A DNA stretch of 64,000 nucleotides, from assembly GCA_035084275.1 (NCBI GenBank), contig CM068746.1, positions 35,340,001 through 35,404,000 of the forward strand, read 5' to 3'. The DNA is from Hydrolagus colliei (taxonomy: Eukaryota). The first letter of the stretch is position 1. Each line of letters starts with the position of its first letter. The position numbers and the translations under genes were made by a program. The notes beneath the pieces were generated by a model. It saw only the letters and a program-made list of their open reading frames with translations, made no database searches and was not told the DNA's origin. Below are positions 50,941 to 63,749 of the stretch, piece by piece.

Positions 50941-52375
50941 TATATAATTCACGGTCAGTGACTGGTTCCACTTCAGCGTTTGGTGGTATGATGGAATAGT
51001 GTTAGCTCTCCACAGTGCTGCACACTCTCAGCCCAGCTCACATGAGACTTGAACCACAAAATTCTGACTTCGAGACAGCAGTGTAGACCTTGAACCCACA
51101 ACCTTCTGACCCGGAGAACAGGAGTGCGCCAAGATAGGATTCTTGCATTTTTAAATTCATTGAGATGGATTTCATATTAATGTGATCAACATCAATATTT
51201 CAAATGCAGGATTATTCAGTGACAACTGTGAACGGCATAATTTCTGATGTTGTCTTTCACCTCTGCTGCACAGCTGTCCCAGGATATGAAGGTTACTCTG
51301 CCAGTGGGTGTCAGCTACATTTAATTAAATCCCAAAAGGGAAAACTCATTAAACTCTGAACAGTCTAGCAGAGAATTGTTTGCTGCACTAACCTCTGGCA
51401 GAGTTGGGCCACACGCACAGACAGCCTGTGTTAGTGAGCTTTATAAATAATTCACCCAGTCGCCAAACTTGTGTGTCGCCTGTTTTTTTTTAATGAACAT
51501 TTAAAGATTGATGGTAGCAATTAGTAATAATAATAATACTTTGTGTTTAATATAATGCATTATGTCCTTGAGATGTGAAAAAAATTGTTTGTGTCATAAT
51601 GTAACCTAGAATGAATTGGAATTGGGACAGAGTGGGAGCAGTGAGAGAAAGAAGGACACATTTTTTGTTTGACGTTTGCCTACGTTTCATGGCCTCTGCT
51701 GTTGCTGTAAGCATATTGTTACCAGGCTGATTTTAGTGCCACTCAAGGCTGATTTTTGATTTGGGTTCTTCGCTGCTAAGCTGTTGGCTGCAGTGCTTTT
51801 GAGCGCTAAGACTCTGCCAGGTAAATCAGCGGAGTCTGAATCTAGGTCATCTCCCCAGCTGCAGGTGACACAACGACAGATCCAGGACAGAACTATAGCC
51901 TCTACAGCATTGCTGGCTGCAAATACAGTTCCATTGGAGCCAGTCCAACTGCTTCTTTTATTCACAGTATAAACATTTTGATAAAATGCACAAATGGTCT
52001 TGTTTAGTATATATATTTTCTATAGTGTGTATATATATTCATATATATTAGGAATTATATAAAATCCCTAAAAATATTGGTCATTTCAATCTGACTGTTT
52101 GTGGGACACGCTGTGCACATTTTGGCTGCTTTTCACCCATATACAGTCAATTCACTTTATAGTATATTCTGTAAAGCTCTTTAAGACATCTAAAAGATGT
52201 GAAAAGCGTTATATCAAATGCAAGGATTATTATATACACAGTGAGCATGTATATAAATTTTTAACTGTATGTATATATAGTATATGTAGACATATGTAAT
52301 ATCTATATTTGAAGTGTGGGTGCATATGTACATACACACATAAATAAGTATTACACCCAAACACATTTAAACTGT

Positions 52376-52778
52376 GTCAGCTTGGTTCAGTGCTAGCACA
52401 CTTGCTCTTAGTCACAGGCTTGTGGGTTCAAATGCCATATCGTTGAAATCTCACATAGTCTAAGATGATACTCCATTGCGGTACTGGGGATATTACATTG
52501 TCAGAGGTGCCTTCCTTTGGATGATAAATTTAACGGAGGTCCCGACTGTCTGTTCAGATGGACATTAAAGATCCTGTGACACTGTTCAAATAGAGAAGGG
52601 AATTTCTCCCAGTGTCCTGGCCACCAATCGCCCAAATAAAATTGGTCACTCATTTCATGGCTGTTTGTGGGACATTGCTGTGTCCCACTTTTGCCTACAA
52701 ATGCACAGTCACTTAATTGCATGGCAAATCCTTCCAACGTAAAAAGCGCAAAACCAAATGCCGAGATTATTATCATTA
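52376..52778 (+). mobile_element. DeuSINE-like family B, near full length
   Basis: tgtcagcttggttcagtg head; core tcagaggtgcc...gaggtcccgactgtctgttcagatggacattaaagatcc...gtgtcctggcca resembles the Deu domain of AmnSINE1/SacSINE1 as I recall it. Confidence 0.82.
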
Positions 52779-53138
52779 TGCGATGGGTATCATCAGATAA
52801 TATATATCAGATCTATACATATCAGTCAATGTTAGGAAAACAAACCAATAATAATAATCCTCGCATTTCATAAAGCGGTTGTTGAGACGTCTCAAAGCGC
52901 TTCACAAAATCTATTGTAAAATAGATTGACTGTATTGTGTGGGTGTATCAGGCAATTGCGCACAGCAATTTAAGTCCTTTTTCTCCAGTCCTTTTAAAGT
53001 GTCTTTAACTGTAACTAACAATGAAATGTTAATGACCCCAATTTTGAGCTAGCACATTATCCTCTTTAGCTACTCTTTCACACCTTCTTGTGGTCAGTTA
53101 TAGAATAATATTGGAAGAGCATGGACATAGATTGCCTA

Positions 53139-53348
53139 TAATAATAATAATCCTTGCATTTTGATATAGTGCTTTTCACATCTTATCGACGTCTCAAAGC
53201 GCTTCACAGAATATACTGTAAAGTGAATTGACTGTATATTTGTGGGTACAATACGGCAGCCAACTGCACACAGCAGCGTCCCACAAACAATCATGGATTG
53301 AAATGACCCAATTTTATTATTGTGTTTTTTGGGGAGGGATTATTATTA
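53139..53348 (-). mobile_element. SINE family A, 3' half
   Basis: Close match to the 25073-25396 body and tail. Confidence 0.85.
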
Positions 53349-53457
53349 GTACATAGGTATAGAATGCACCATTAAGGGGGGGTAATGATTTTATGAAGCA
53401 TGTGAGGGAGAATATTCATAATAATAATCGAATAACATGTGTGGCTCTCCTTTCTAG

Positions 53458-53586
53458 GCACGCCCAGAATATGAGTGAGATAAAGACTGATGTTGGCCGT
53501 GCTCGGGCCTGGATCAGGTTGTCCTTAGAGAAGAAAGTTCTCTCTCAGCATCTGAAGCAGCTCATGTTCAACCATAGCCTCATCAA
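53458..53586 (+). CDS. DENND5B: Exon 13 (RUN1): [43 protein letters not shown]
   Basis: tttctag|G acceptor, AA|gtaagt donor, 129 nt; RUN motif [11 protein letters not shown]. Confidence 0.96.
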
Positions 53587-53769
53587 GTAAGTGCGGGGAC
53601 CTCCGCACATTGTTTATCCTCTTTTACCCTACGCTAACTCTCTGTTCGCCCGACTTCCCAACTCTTCCCTCCACCAACAGTAGGTTATTCAGAACTCTGA
53701 AGCTTGTGTCCTCTCCCGCCTTAAGCTCTGTGAGTTGATCACCCCGAATATCCTCGACCGGCTCCCTCT

Positions 53770-53795
53770 CCCCCCCCCCCCCCCCCCCCCCCCCC
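53770..53795. repeat. Poly-C tract (26 nt) within an old L2 remnant
   Basis: Visible directly. Confidence 0.9.
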
Positions 53796-54191
53796 AGAAG
53801 ATACAGTTCAAGATTCTTATTCTCACTTTCAAAACTCTCCTGGTGTTAAGTACCCTGGTGAAGAAACAATTCCATTTATTGTCCTAAAATTGTAATTTAT
53901 TACAATTGTAATGTATATATATATATTCTGGGATTCCCAAGGCTTGGCTCTTGCCAAATTGCATCCAAACTCTTGGGGACTCCAAGAAACAGAATGTGTT
54001 TCTCTGGGATGGAGTGAGGAACTGCTGAAAAGGCAAGTGAAAACCACAAATATGTGGAGCCCTTACTTTCTTAGTTTGAAGAGCTAAGACTCTGCGAGTG
54101 TCAAGAGCACTGGCTGATCAGATTGGAGTGAGTGGGACAGCATTGCTGTGGGAGGGCAGCCTGATGGTCCAGTGTCCCTTTGTTTTGACAG

Positions 54192-54313
54192 GAAACTGTA
54201 CAAGCGATACGCCTTTCTGCGCTGTGAGGAGGAGAAGGAGCAATTTCTTTACCACCTCCTCTCCCTCAACGCCGTGGATTATTTCTGCTTCACCAGTGTC
54301 TTCACCACCATCA
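54192..54313 (+). CDS. DENND5B: Exon 14 (RUN1 end): [40 protein letters not shown]
   Basis: ttgacag|G acceptor, ATCA|gtaagt donor, 122 nt. Confidence 0.96.
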
Positions 54314-54717
54314 GTAAGTCTTTCCTCGTCCCTTTTCCTCATAACGTGCCTTTTGTCCATCCTCCCCCAAACAGGCCTTGGCGTGCTCCACAATGACAGA
54401 TTTTTGAGCTGGGGAACAGGATGTAGAAAGAGACACAAATGGGGTACAGATTTTATTTTTAAAAGAGCAAATGAATTTGAGCTTCCTCAATAGATCAGAG
54501 GGCTGAATCATATTGTGAAGTCATTGTGAATCACCCGAATCACAGTCACACTAGCCTGGATGTGTGTGTTTGTTTTTAACAAACACCTGGGGTATTCTTC
54601 GCCAGGACAGCGGGAGAAATTCCCTTCTCGATTCAAACACTGCCGTGAGAGATCTTAATTAATGTCCACCCGAACAAGCAGATGGGTCCTCAATTTCATG
54701 TCGGATCCCAAGGACGA

Positions 54718-54862
54718 CACAACAACAACAACAACAAATTACATTTATAGAGCGCCTTTCATGTCGGGAGGACGTCCCAAGGCGCTGCACAGGAGGCGTG
54801 TGACCCGAGCTGAAAGGGGAGTGTTTGGGAAGGGGTGAAACACAAAGGGGAGGTAAAAGAGA
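54718..54862 (-). mobile_element. Young 5'-truncated L2-type 3' end nested in a family B SINE
   Basis: Near-identical to 58620-58715; Deu-type sequence on both sides; gacac repeated at both junctions. Confidence 0.82.
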
Positions 54863-55604
54863 CACCTCTGACAGTGCAGGATACTCCCCCCAGAGTTGCA
54901 CTGGTGTGTCAGCCTAGACTCTGAGCTTGTTGACCCCAATCAAAGTAAATGTCAAATGCAAATTTGCACCCGAAACATCCAGTTTTTGCTGCTAAGCAGC
55001 CGTTAATTACCGCTGGGGCCTGAACAATATTTGTGACATTTGTAGCAATGAGATCCTTGCAAGGAGTGCCCTGGGTTTAAAGTACTGTAACTACCTTCTG
55101 AGGTTCTGTTTTATAATTAGTGCTTTTCCGTCTCCTCACACAGTCACCTTCAAGAGTTTAGAAAAAGTCTATAAAACTTTTGTCTTCAGGGAGTAAGGGG
55201 GTCTCCACGAGCAATGAGCAGTGTTTTCCCCAACTCCAGACTTCCCATCATCCAACTCTCAAGTCCAGTAGCCTCTGGACACAGGCCATCCCATTGCATG
55301 ATAAACAGAGCCTGCTGATGTGAGGCGTGGTTCAGTCGCTCACTCTCTTGTCTTTGAGTCAGAAGGTTGTAGATTCAAGTTGCACGTCTGGACAGTGGTG
55401 TGAAGTACACCCTCTGCTTGTGTAGAGCATTCATATTATACTCATTATTCTGCATTGATCTAAATTTAAAAGCTATAGGGAGAGTCAGGCAGTGCCATCA
55501 CTTAGAGTCCAGTGTCCCTTTCTATTCTAATATTCATCCTTGTATCCACCATCCCACCCCCTCCGGCAGCTTGATTTAATTGTGATTTCTATTGTTTCCT
55601 GTAG

Positions 55605-55750
55605 TGATACCGTACCGGGCTGTAATTATACCCATCAAAAAGCTCAGCAACTCGATTACAACCTCTAACCCTTGGATCTGTGTCTCGGGGGAGCTCGGGG
55701 ACACTGGGGTCATGCAAATCCTGAAGAACATCTTGGAAATGGCCTTTGAG
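55605..55750 (+). CDS. DENND5B: Exon 15 (PLAT): [14 protein letters not shown]...NILEMAFE
   Basis: cctgtag|TG acceptor, GAG|gtttgt donor, 146 nt. Confidence 0.95.
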
Positions 55751-56871
55751 GTTTGTAGAGCAGAAACATCACCCCAACATCACTAATTGTGTTTGCGAGT
55801 ATGAACACTTTTCAGCCTATTTGCATTGCTGCAGAAAAGCACACCCCAACTGCTGTTTCTCAGTCTCCGTAGTTTCAACTTGTTCCATGCCTCTGTGCCT
55901 TGTTCTACTTCTTACTGTTGCTTACGTGAGTTGTCAATCTACTGGTGCACATTCCACATGCTTGAGATTTCTCTACTCACACACTGCCCATCACTCTCTT
56001 TCCCATCATCCAATTTATCCAGATTTTTACCCCCTTCTTCCTTTTTTCCCCCTTCTCTTCTTTATTCTCGTATTTATTCAATCAATTTAATATTACGTTC
56101 TTTCTATCATGTCTACCCATCGCGGGTGGAGCGCTGACTGTGTTGGTTTTAGGGGTTTGATATAGTTGGGATTGAAGAAAATAAAGTGATTTTTTTTTGG
56201 AAGTGTTTTCAGTTTGACATTTTGTTTGAAATTTGTTCCCTTTTTGCCTCATTTTCCTCTCGCCTCATTCGATGAACTTTTCAGAGCCAGAGACCTGCTT
56301 CTCAGCCATTACCAACTCTATCTTAGACCATTAATAAGTTGTACCACAAGATCCCTTTGTTTTGTCTGGTTGTCTGTCTGTCTCTTAGTCGGGTTGCCTG
56401 CCTTTCTGTCAATGCTCTTTCAACTCTCTTATCAATCTTTTTTCTGCCTCAGTATATTTCTTCTTGTGTCTATCATTAGTCTTGCTGATAGAGACTCTAG
56501 TTGAACCTGCTTCTCTCTGTGTTTCTCTGAGTATCTCGCTCATTTTCTCCGCACCACCCCCATTCCCTTTCTCTTTCTCCCCCTGCGCTCTTCTTCCATT
56601 CAGCATGGTTGATAGCCGAAGGTAATGTGTGGGGGGAATGGTAATTTAGACGTGTGGTGTGTACTGCCCTCCTGTGGTGGCTGTGACATAATGTGCTCTT
56701 TTCAGAGTTGTTCAAAAGATTCTGCAAAAACAGGAAAAATAACATCTCCTAACAGATAGAATAAGGGCACCCCACTGAGATCTGTCAGCACTCAATGGTA
56801 ACTCACAAAGTTTCTCTGTTCTCAGTTGTGCTGCTGCAAAAAAAAAGACGGAATGCAATTCCTGATATTTT

Positions 56872-56938
56872 CAAACAAAAACACAAGTTGCTGGGGAAAC
56901 TCAGCAGATCAAACAGCATCCATGGAGAAAGGAAAAAC
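56872..56938 (-). mobile_element. 67-bp Penelope-like terminal fragment with 13-bp TSD
   Basis: Reverse complement matches 11250-11311; TTCCTGATATTTT at 56859-56871 and 56939-56951. Confidence 0.82.
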
Positions 56939-58065
56939 TTCCTGATATTTTATGTTTTTTATATTAAATTGTATCCTCCTTTCAGATGGTGTGAAAGAGC
57001 TCCCATCTCTTCAACAAATTTCACACCATCTGATAGGAGAAAACAATTTTATATATAGAGAGAACATATAACAAAACATAGTCCATCTACCAGCAGTGGA
57101 CACAAGGTGGAGAAAGAAGATTTAACGATATTGACCAAAGGCACAGTCAAAGAAACAACAACAACAACAAAATTACATTTATAGAGCGCCTTTCACGTTG
57201 GGAGGACGTCCCAAGGCGCTGAACAATCAGGTCAGGACCCGAGCCGGGGGTGGGAGGGCGGGAGAAACATGTTTGGGAGCTTCTGAAGGCAGGTAGAGAG
57301 GCAACAAAGTAAAACAATTTTGAAAGCAATCCAACAATCAACTAACACAGTGTTTCTACTGATTGCTGGATAAACAGAGGCGTGGAGAGTAAGGAAACTT
57401 GCTCAGCGTTTTGCCCTGGCCGGGAATAGAACTCAGGTGTCTCACTTGCGAGGCGAGTGGTTTAACCACTGAGCTACAGGACTCCACTGTTTTGAGGAAA
57501 GATTTCCTCTTTGATGCAGGGTTTTGCCACACTTCACAAGACTGTAGAGCGGTTCAGATGAAGATGGCTCATCCGCCCATTTCATCTCAATCATCCAGAA
57601 AACCCACCCGGCTGTCACTTATTATAGCAACAAGCTGTTTCCCAAAGAGTTCTCACCATAAACGCCCTTCCCGGTGACCCTTTCTAGTAATCTGATTCAG
57701 CTATGATTTATCCTCTGTAAGGAAATGCTTCCTGGTGACTTGTCCTGCTGTTTCCCTATATAACCCTGAATGTTGTATTATCTGAAAGTATCATTCTGAG
57801 TTAACTTCACTCCTGTTTGGAACAGGAGGTTGGAGATGGGGTGTTAACTGGACAGCAGAGATGGGTCTAGGGAAGGTTTTTGAGGATGGGGGTGATGACA
57901 GTTCTTGTTAGGGGGGTGGGAACAATACCAGTGGATAAGGAGAGGTGTAACCGTGAAGGAATATGTAAAAAATACAAAGGGAAGACAGGGATTGAAAGGC
58001 AGAGGAGTATCTGAGAGGCTGCTGTTTGCTGTATCTCATTCCTGGATCTCTCATGTTTGTTCTAG

Positions 58066-58184
58066 TGCCAGAACCTGGGGAAGCTGACCACTGTTCAGAT
58101 CGGCCATGACAACGCAGGCTTTTTGGCCAAGTGGCTGGTAGACTGTGTGATCGTCAGGAATGAAATTACTGGCCACACGTACAA
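58066..58184 (+). CDS. DENND5B: Exon 16 (PLAT): [40 protein letters not shown]
   Basis: gttctag|TGC acceptor, AA|gtaagt donor, 119 nt; PLAT motif IGHDN. Confidence 0.96.
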
Positions 58185-58593
58185 GTAAGTTGTTTGGACA
58201 AAGCGTTTCTGGATCCTTGTTGCACGGCTAGGAAGTCCTGATGACCCTGTTGTGTCCATCATGAAACAGCTGCCACCTCCTACGAGATTGTGTCAGTGCC
58301 ACAATCCGGACAGTTATGACTTACGTGTGTCCAAAGTTCTCATACTACAGTAAAACACATGTCTTATCATTATCGTATAAGGGCTAATGGCACATGTTTC
58401 AGTCAGTGAGGGGGAGGGGATTAGTGTGTGGGGAAGGGGGGTCCACAGGAGGCAGAAGGGGTGAAGGTTTTGAGTGGGGAGGGGCAGGGGGAGAGGGTGC
58501 TGTGTGCTGGGTTTACAGTGAGGCAGAGGGGGAGAGAGTAGTGTGAGGGGAGGTGTTAGAGCAGGCGTGGATTATAACCAGGTGTAGATTGGA

Positions 58594-59192
58594 ATAACAA
58601 GGACAACAACAATTTAAATTTATAAAGCGCCTTTCACGTCGGGAGAACGTCCCAAGGCGCTGCACAGGAGGCGTGTGACCCGAACTGGGAGGGGAGTGTT
58701 CGGGAGGGGGTGAAACATGTAGGGGAGGTCGAAAAGTTCGGGGGGGAACAAAAGGCATGGTCGAAGAGGAAAGTCTTCAAACCGGCCTTGAAAGAGGAAA
58801 GGGAAGAAACAAGGCGGAGGGATTGGGGGATGGAATTCCACAGGGTGGGAGCGGAGAAACTGAATGCCCGGCCTCCGATGGTGGGGCGGTTCGGGTGGGG
58901 GGCTTGGAGCAGGCCAATTCCTGCTGAACGGAGGATCCGGGTGGGCTTGTAGGGGGAGAGTAAATCGGTTAAATAGGGTGGGGCAAGGCCGTAAGGCCTT
59001 GCCCCACTGTAAGGCCTTGAAGGTGAGGACGAGGATCTTGAACTTGATCCTCTGGAGGATGGGGAGCCAGTGGAGACGGGCGAGGGTGGGGGTTATGTGG
59101 TCGCAGAGGCGGGTGCGGGATAGTACACGGGTTGCAGAGTTTTGGATGACCTGCAGCCTGTGAATGGAGGAACTGGGGAGGCCGACGAGGAG
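58594..59192 (-). mobile_element. Young L2-type LINE 3' 600 bp
   Basis: CpG-rich; minus strand encodes L2 ORF2 C-terminal motifs (LQVIQNSATR...HITPTLARLHWLPI...RAFSFSAPTLWNS); terminal stem-loop and AAC tail. Confidence 0.9.
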
Positions 59193-59280
59193 AGATTTTC
59201 CTTATTGTTCTTCGTCAATGGGAAAAAAAAAGGTTTGCCTTTTTATAAAATAAAACCGTTCGTGTTGTGTGTGCTGCCAG

Positions 59281-59468
59281 GTTCCCCTGTGGCAGGTGGC
59301 TCGGGAAGGGAGTGGATGACGGCAGTTTGGAGAGAATTCTCGTGGGAGAGCTGTTAACACCGGTGGTGGAGGAGGATCTCAGCAAGCAGTGCCGAACGCC
59401 CCCTCAGCAGCGCTCCCCAACGACTGCACGGAGGCTCAGTGTGACCTTGCTGGCAGGGAAGGCCACCA
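59281..59468 (+). CDS. DENND5B: Exon 17 (PLAT end/linker): [20 protein letters not shown]...LLAGKAT
   Basis: ctgccag|G acceptor, ACCA|gtgagt donor, 188 nt. Confidence 0.96.
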
Positions 59469-59511
59469 GTGAGTCTCAGCATTTTATGGGTTGATCGCTT
59501 ACGTTGACCAA

Positions 59512-59836
59512 TAATAATAAGAACAACAATAATAATCCTTGCATTTGATATAGCGCATTTCACATCTCCTATACATCTCAAAACACTTCACAGAGTAAAC
59601 TGTAAAGTGAATTGACTGTATATTTATGGGCGAAACGCGGCAGCCAATTGTGCACAGTAGTGTCCCACAAACAGTCGTGGATTGAAATGATCAATTTATT
59701 CTTGTTTTTTTTGGAGGGATTATGATCAGGGGTGTGGAGTAAGAAAAATTGCCCCAGGTTTTGCCCTGTCTGAAATTGAACCCATGTCTCTCGCTTGCAA
59801 GGCGAGTGCTCTAACAATTGAGAACGACAGGACTCC
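59512..59836 (-). mobile_element. SINE family A, short form
   Basis: Tail begins about 45 nt after the exon 17 donor; ends acaggactcc. Confidence 0.88.
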
Positions 59837-60552
59837 ACATGTTGGCATCACAAGGGAGCTTGGAACACAGCCTTGCTTCATTCCTGCGTGGGGCTGTTCA
59901 TCACAATGTTCATCTCACCAAGTTCCCTCCCTGCACAAGTCACGCATGCTAAAACATTCACGTGAATTTGTTTCAGATTCCAAACCGTTTGTCCTCCATT
60001 TTCCAACCAAAGTATGTAAAGTTTAAAAACAAGATCCAAGTCACACATCACACATCACAGTTTGGAGGGTCCCCCATCACTGGGCACCTTTCTTTGTGTT
60101 GATAAGGAATCCCTGAGCCTTGCAGCACAGCGCCAGAACATCCAGTCACTGCATGGTCAATGTTGCCACCATCGGCGGTTGAACCTTCAGCCTCCCTCTT
60201 CCTCTCTCCCTGGCTCAGTCAAGACTCCGACACTGTCAAGCTCTTCGGGAATGCAACCCCCCGTGTAGGGTTATATAAATGCAAGTTGTTGTTGTCGATC
60301 CAGGTTTCCTTTTGTGAAGTGCTTTGAGACGTCTCAATCACATGATAAGGCGCTATGCAAGGATGATTATATTATTATACCCCAATAGTTTACTCAAGCT
60401 TATATGAATTCTTTCACTGTTCCTAATAGCACATTGCATAATACAACTGCTGTGTGTGTGGAAAAAGTAGATACAATACTGTCTTTCTCTGGGTTTTAAC
60501 ACAGACTGCCATCTGCCCCCTGCCCCTGGTTGATTTGTTTTTCCTCTGACAG

Positions 60553-60635
60553 AGCCCAATGCAGGACAGATCCAGGAAGTAATTGGGGAATCTATCAACA
60601 ACATTGTGAAACACTTCCATAAACCAGAGAAAGAG
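60553..60635 (+). CDS. DENND5B: Exon 18: [28 protein letters not shown]
   Basis: ctgacag|AG acceptor, GAG|gtaggt donor, 83 nt. Confidence 0.95.
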
Positions 60636-61616
60636 GTAGGTTTCCGAACACCACACAAAACGTTGTGGTCTCAGACCAGATAGGCTGCTCCATCCAAATG
60701 AACGGTTTTGTTGAAATTAAATTAAGGGCCTTGAAAGGCGCTAAAGAAATGTAATTCTGTTGTTGACGCTGAGGGCACAGCAAGTGAAGAGACATTGAAC
60801 TTTTCTCTGGAGGCATTTTATTGAGGACTTTCAGAAAAGCTCTTTCAGAAAAGCAGATGGAGGACATAATTTGGATGTTATGCCTTCATTTGAACCAGCT
60901 GTTTGAGAGCTCACACCCACTCCTCTACCTACCCCCACTTCAGCACATCCCTCAACTTCACCATTGCAACCGATTGCAATGGAGGATGTCCTCCTGATGT
61001 GAAAGGCTCTCTATAAATGCAATTTTGTTGTTGTCGTTGATTGACAGCCGTGCTTTTAGCCCCGAACCTCTGTAACTCTTCCTCAATCCCTCCACCTTGC
61101 CGTTCTTTGCCCAGCTTCAGATCACACCCAATGACTTTCCTCTTTGACTGTCCCTGCAGTCACCTCCCCCTTCTCCCCTGCGTGGCGTCAGACCATTGTT
61201 ACCTGTTCCGAAATCTTTTGTGAAGGGCATTACCTAAATACAAGTTGTTGTTGTTGAATTCGTTAACTACATTTTTCAGTCACAAAGACTGGATTTTCTG
61301 AGCTTTTCTGCATTTTTTTAACCTGGGAACATATCGCTCCGTTTTCCATTAAAAAAAAGTAATAATAACTGAACTTGACGATAATTTCCGTAAAGACAAC
61401 AAACAATAACAAATTATAAATTATGTTTGAATAACAAATTATATTTGCATACACCTTTCACATTGGGAGGAGGTCCCAAGGAGCTTGAAGCTCTTTTAAG
61501 ATGTAATTTCTTCTTGAATATGCAAGCACAGCATTTGTCAGCGAAAAAATGGAAGTCTATTGGTGACTCCCTTACCGTACATGATGGTGAAAGATTGTAT
61601 TATTGTCCTCTGACAG

Positions 61617-61743
61617 AGAGGCAGTCTGACAGTGCTGCTGTGTGGGGAGAGTGGCCTGGTACCCGCATTGGAGCACGTTTTCCATCACAGTTTCAAGTCC
61701 GCTCGACTATTCCAGAAAAATGTCTTCATCTGGGATTTCATAG
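61617..61743 (+). CDS. DENND5B: Exon 19 (RUN2): [42 protein letters not shown]
   Basis: ctgacag|AGA acceptor, ATAG|gtgagt donor, 127 nt. Confidence 0.96.
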
Positions 61744-63279
61744 GTGAGTGTCAGCTATGCACAGCACTCCCCCCCACCCACCCCCCCCACCACTCCCTCC
61801 CTCAAGTTCTGGACACCTCCCAGTTCACCATAGCACTCTCACAGCTCTGCCACGCACACCAAACACACACTGCATGACAATGTGGCATAATTCCTGAACC
61901 CTATTTTTGTGAAGCTCATCAGTGAAATGCTTCTCCCTATCCTGACATAGTGACTGGAAGGAAGGAACGGATGTAATAATAATAATAATAATCCTTTCAT
62001 TTAATACAGCGCCTTATCGGGTCACTGAGATGTCTCAAAGCAGGTACCAATGATATACAGTATTGTAAAATAGACTGTTGTGTTTTGTGGGCAAAACGCA
62101 GCAGCCAATTTCACTTCTTCTACCTCATGCCAGGGTCAAGAACACACCCACCAGCCGTTAACCTTGCATTTTGTGGTGCAGGCAGCAGTGGGGTTTGTAG
62201 TGTCAGGAACTGCCGGTCATATCACCTGCTTTATAATAGTTTACTGAGGTCCACAGTAAACATTTAAGGCATTTTCACACTTGAGTGACACCAAGAGGCA
62301 AGTTGTAGTTGTCCTCATTCTTATGGGTTTTCTCATTGGATATATTGCCTTTTTTTACTCAGGAAGATAATCAACGCCTGGAACATGTTGCCAGGCAAGG
62401 TGGTTGCAGCCAGGACATTTTAAAAATATCTTAATTCAGTGATGATGGGATAGTAGAATGGGTGTTTTGGAAGGTTGAGATTAGATGGGTTGAGGGCCTT
62501 CTTCATCCAGACTGATCTTGTAATCTTTTCTCCAATCTCTTTCTCCCCCAACAACTGTTAAGAGACTTTCTCACAAATATTCTAATGGACAAATAAACAG
62601 CTGAGATTGATGTGTGAAGCAATGTGGCTGGGTGCCAACTTCCTCCTCTCCCAGCATCCAATTGTACCATTGATTTTCTCTTTGTTAGCAACATCATAAG
62701 GTGCAGCTGACAGCTAGAGTTCCTTGGGAGGGGGCTCGGGGAAGGGAGAGAGGGATATAAATGCAAAATAATTAGTTTAGGTCTAAAGGATATGTTTTTT
62801 AATGGGAAGAATCCCTGTGGCTTTATTTTCCAACTGACGGGCAGCATTATCACAATGTGCATCTTTCCCGTTGAGATGTCTGTAACTGGTAGCCTGAAGG
62901 CACAGTTTGTCCCTGAGGTGTTGTGTGATCTGCTGAACATTGATTTACCCCAACGCACACTTACCTTTCAATCTTACCCTCCTCGTCTCAAAGGCACGAG
63001 GACAAAATCAGCCCCTGGCAGGAGAGCAAATTGGGACTTTATAACTACGGGACCACCTTCTGTTGCAGTTGCATGCATTTTCACAGCAGTAGAGCATTCG
63101 CCTGAGAAAGGTTGATGTTCATTCTCGCATCCACCGAACACTAGGATGGGTTCCGTTCAGATGCGAGTGATTAGGAATTTCCCTGGGCACCACGCTTTCA
63201 AGAAAATCAAGAGTTTCCATTGGACATTTCAGAAGGAAGTTTGCAATTAGTAGTTAATTATTCAGGCTGAATAGAGAGC

Positions 63280-63670
63280 ACTACATTGTTGATAATGACA
63301 TACTTCAGTTGAGAGGCAATACACCCTTTTCAGACATACGTTATAGATCCCGTGGTACTATTTGAACAGAAAAGGGATTTTCTCCCAATATACTGGCCAG
63401 TAAATTGTTCATTTGCTTCATGGCTGTCTGTAAAACCTAACTGTGTGCGAATTGAGCTCCTGCGATTGCCTGTAAATATGCAGTAAAAAATAAAATGCAT
63501 CACTTAATCCAAGACTATTTGTGGCACACTGCTGTGCTCAATTGGCTGCCGCCTTTCACCCACCAAATACACTGTCAATCCACTTTACACTATTTCTTTA
63601 AAGCACTTAGAGACATCTCAACGACTGTGATAAGGCGCTATATCAAATGCAAGGATTATTATTATTATTA
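63280..63670 (+). mobile_element. Family B fragment followed by a SINE 3' half
   Basis: Deu-type core then shared body and (ATT)n tail. Confidence 0.7.
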
Positions 63671-63749
63671 ATTTGTTGAGTCCTGGAATACTCCCAACTC
63701 TCAGACGTTCACTTTCCATTAACATAAAACACAGATCAAAGAGAAACAA

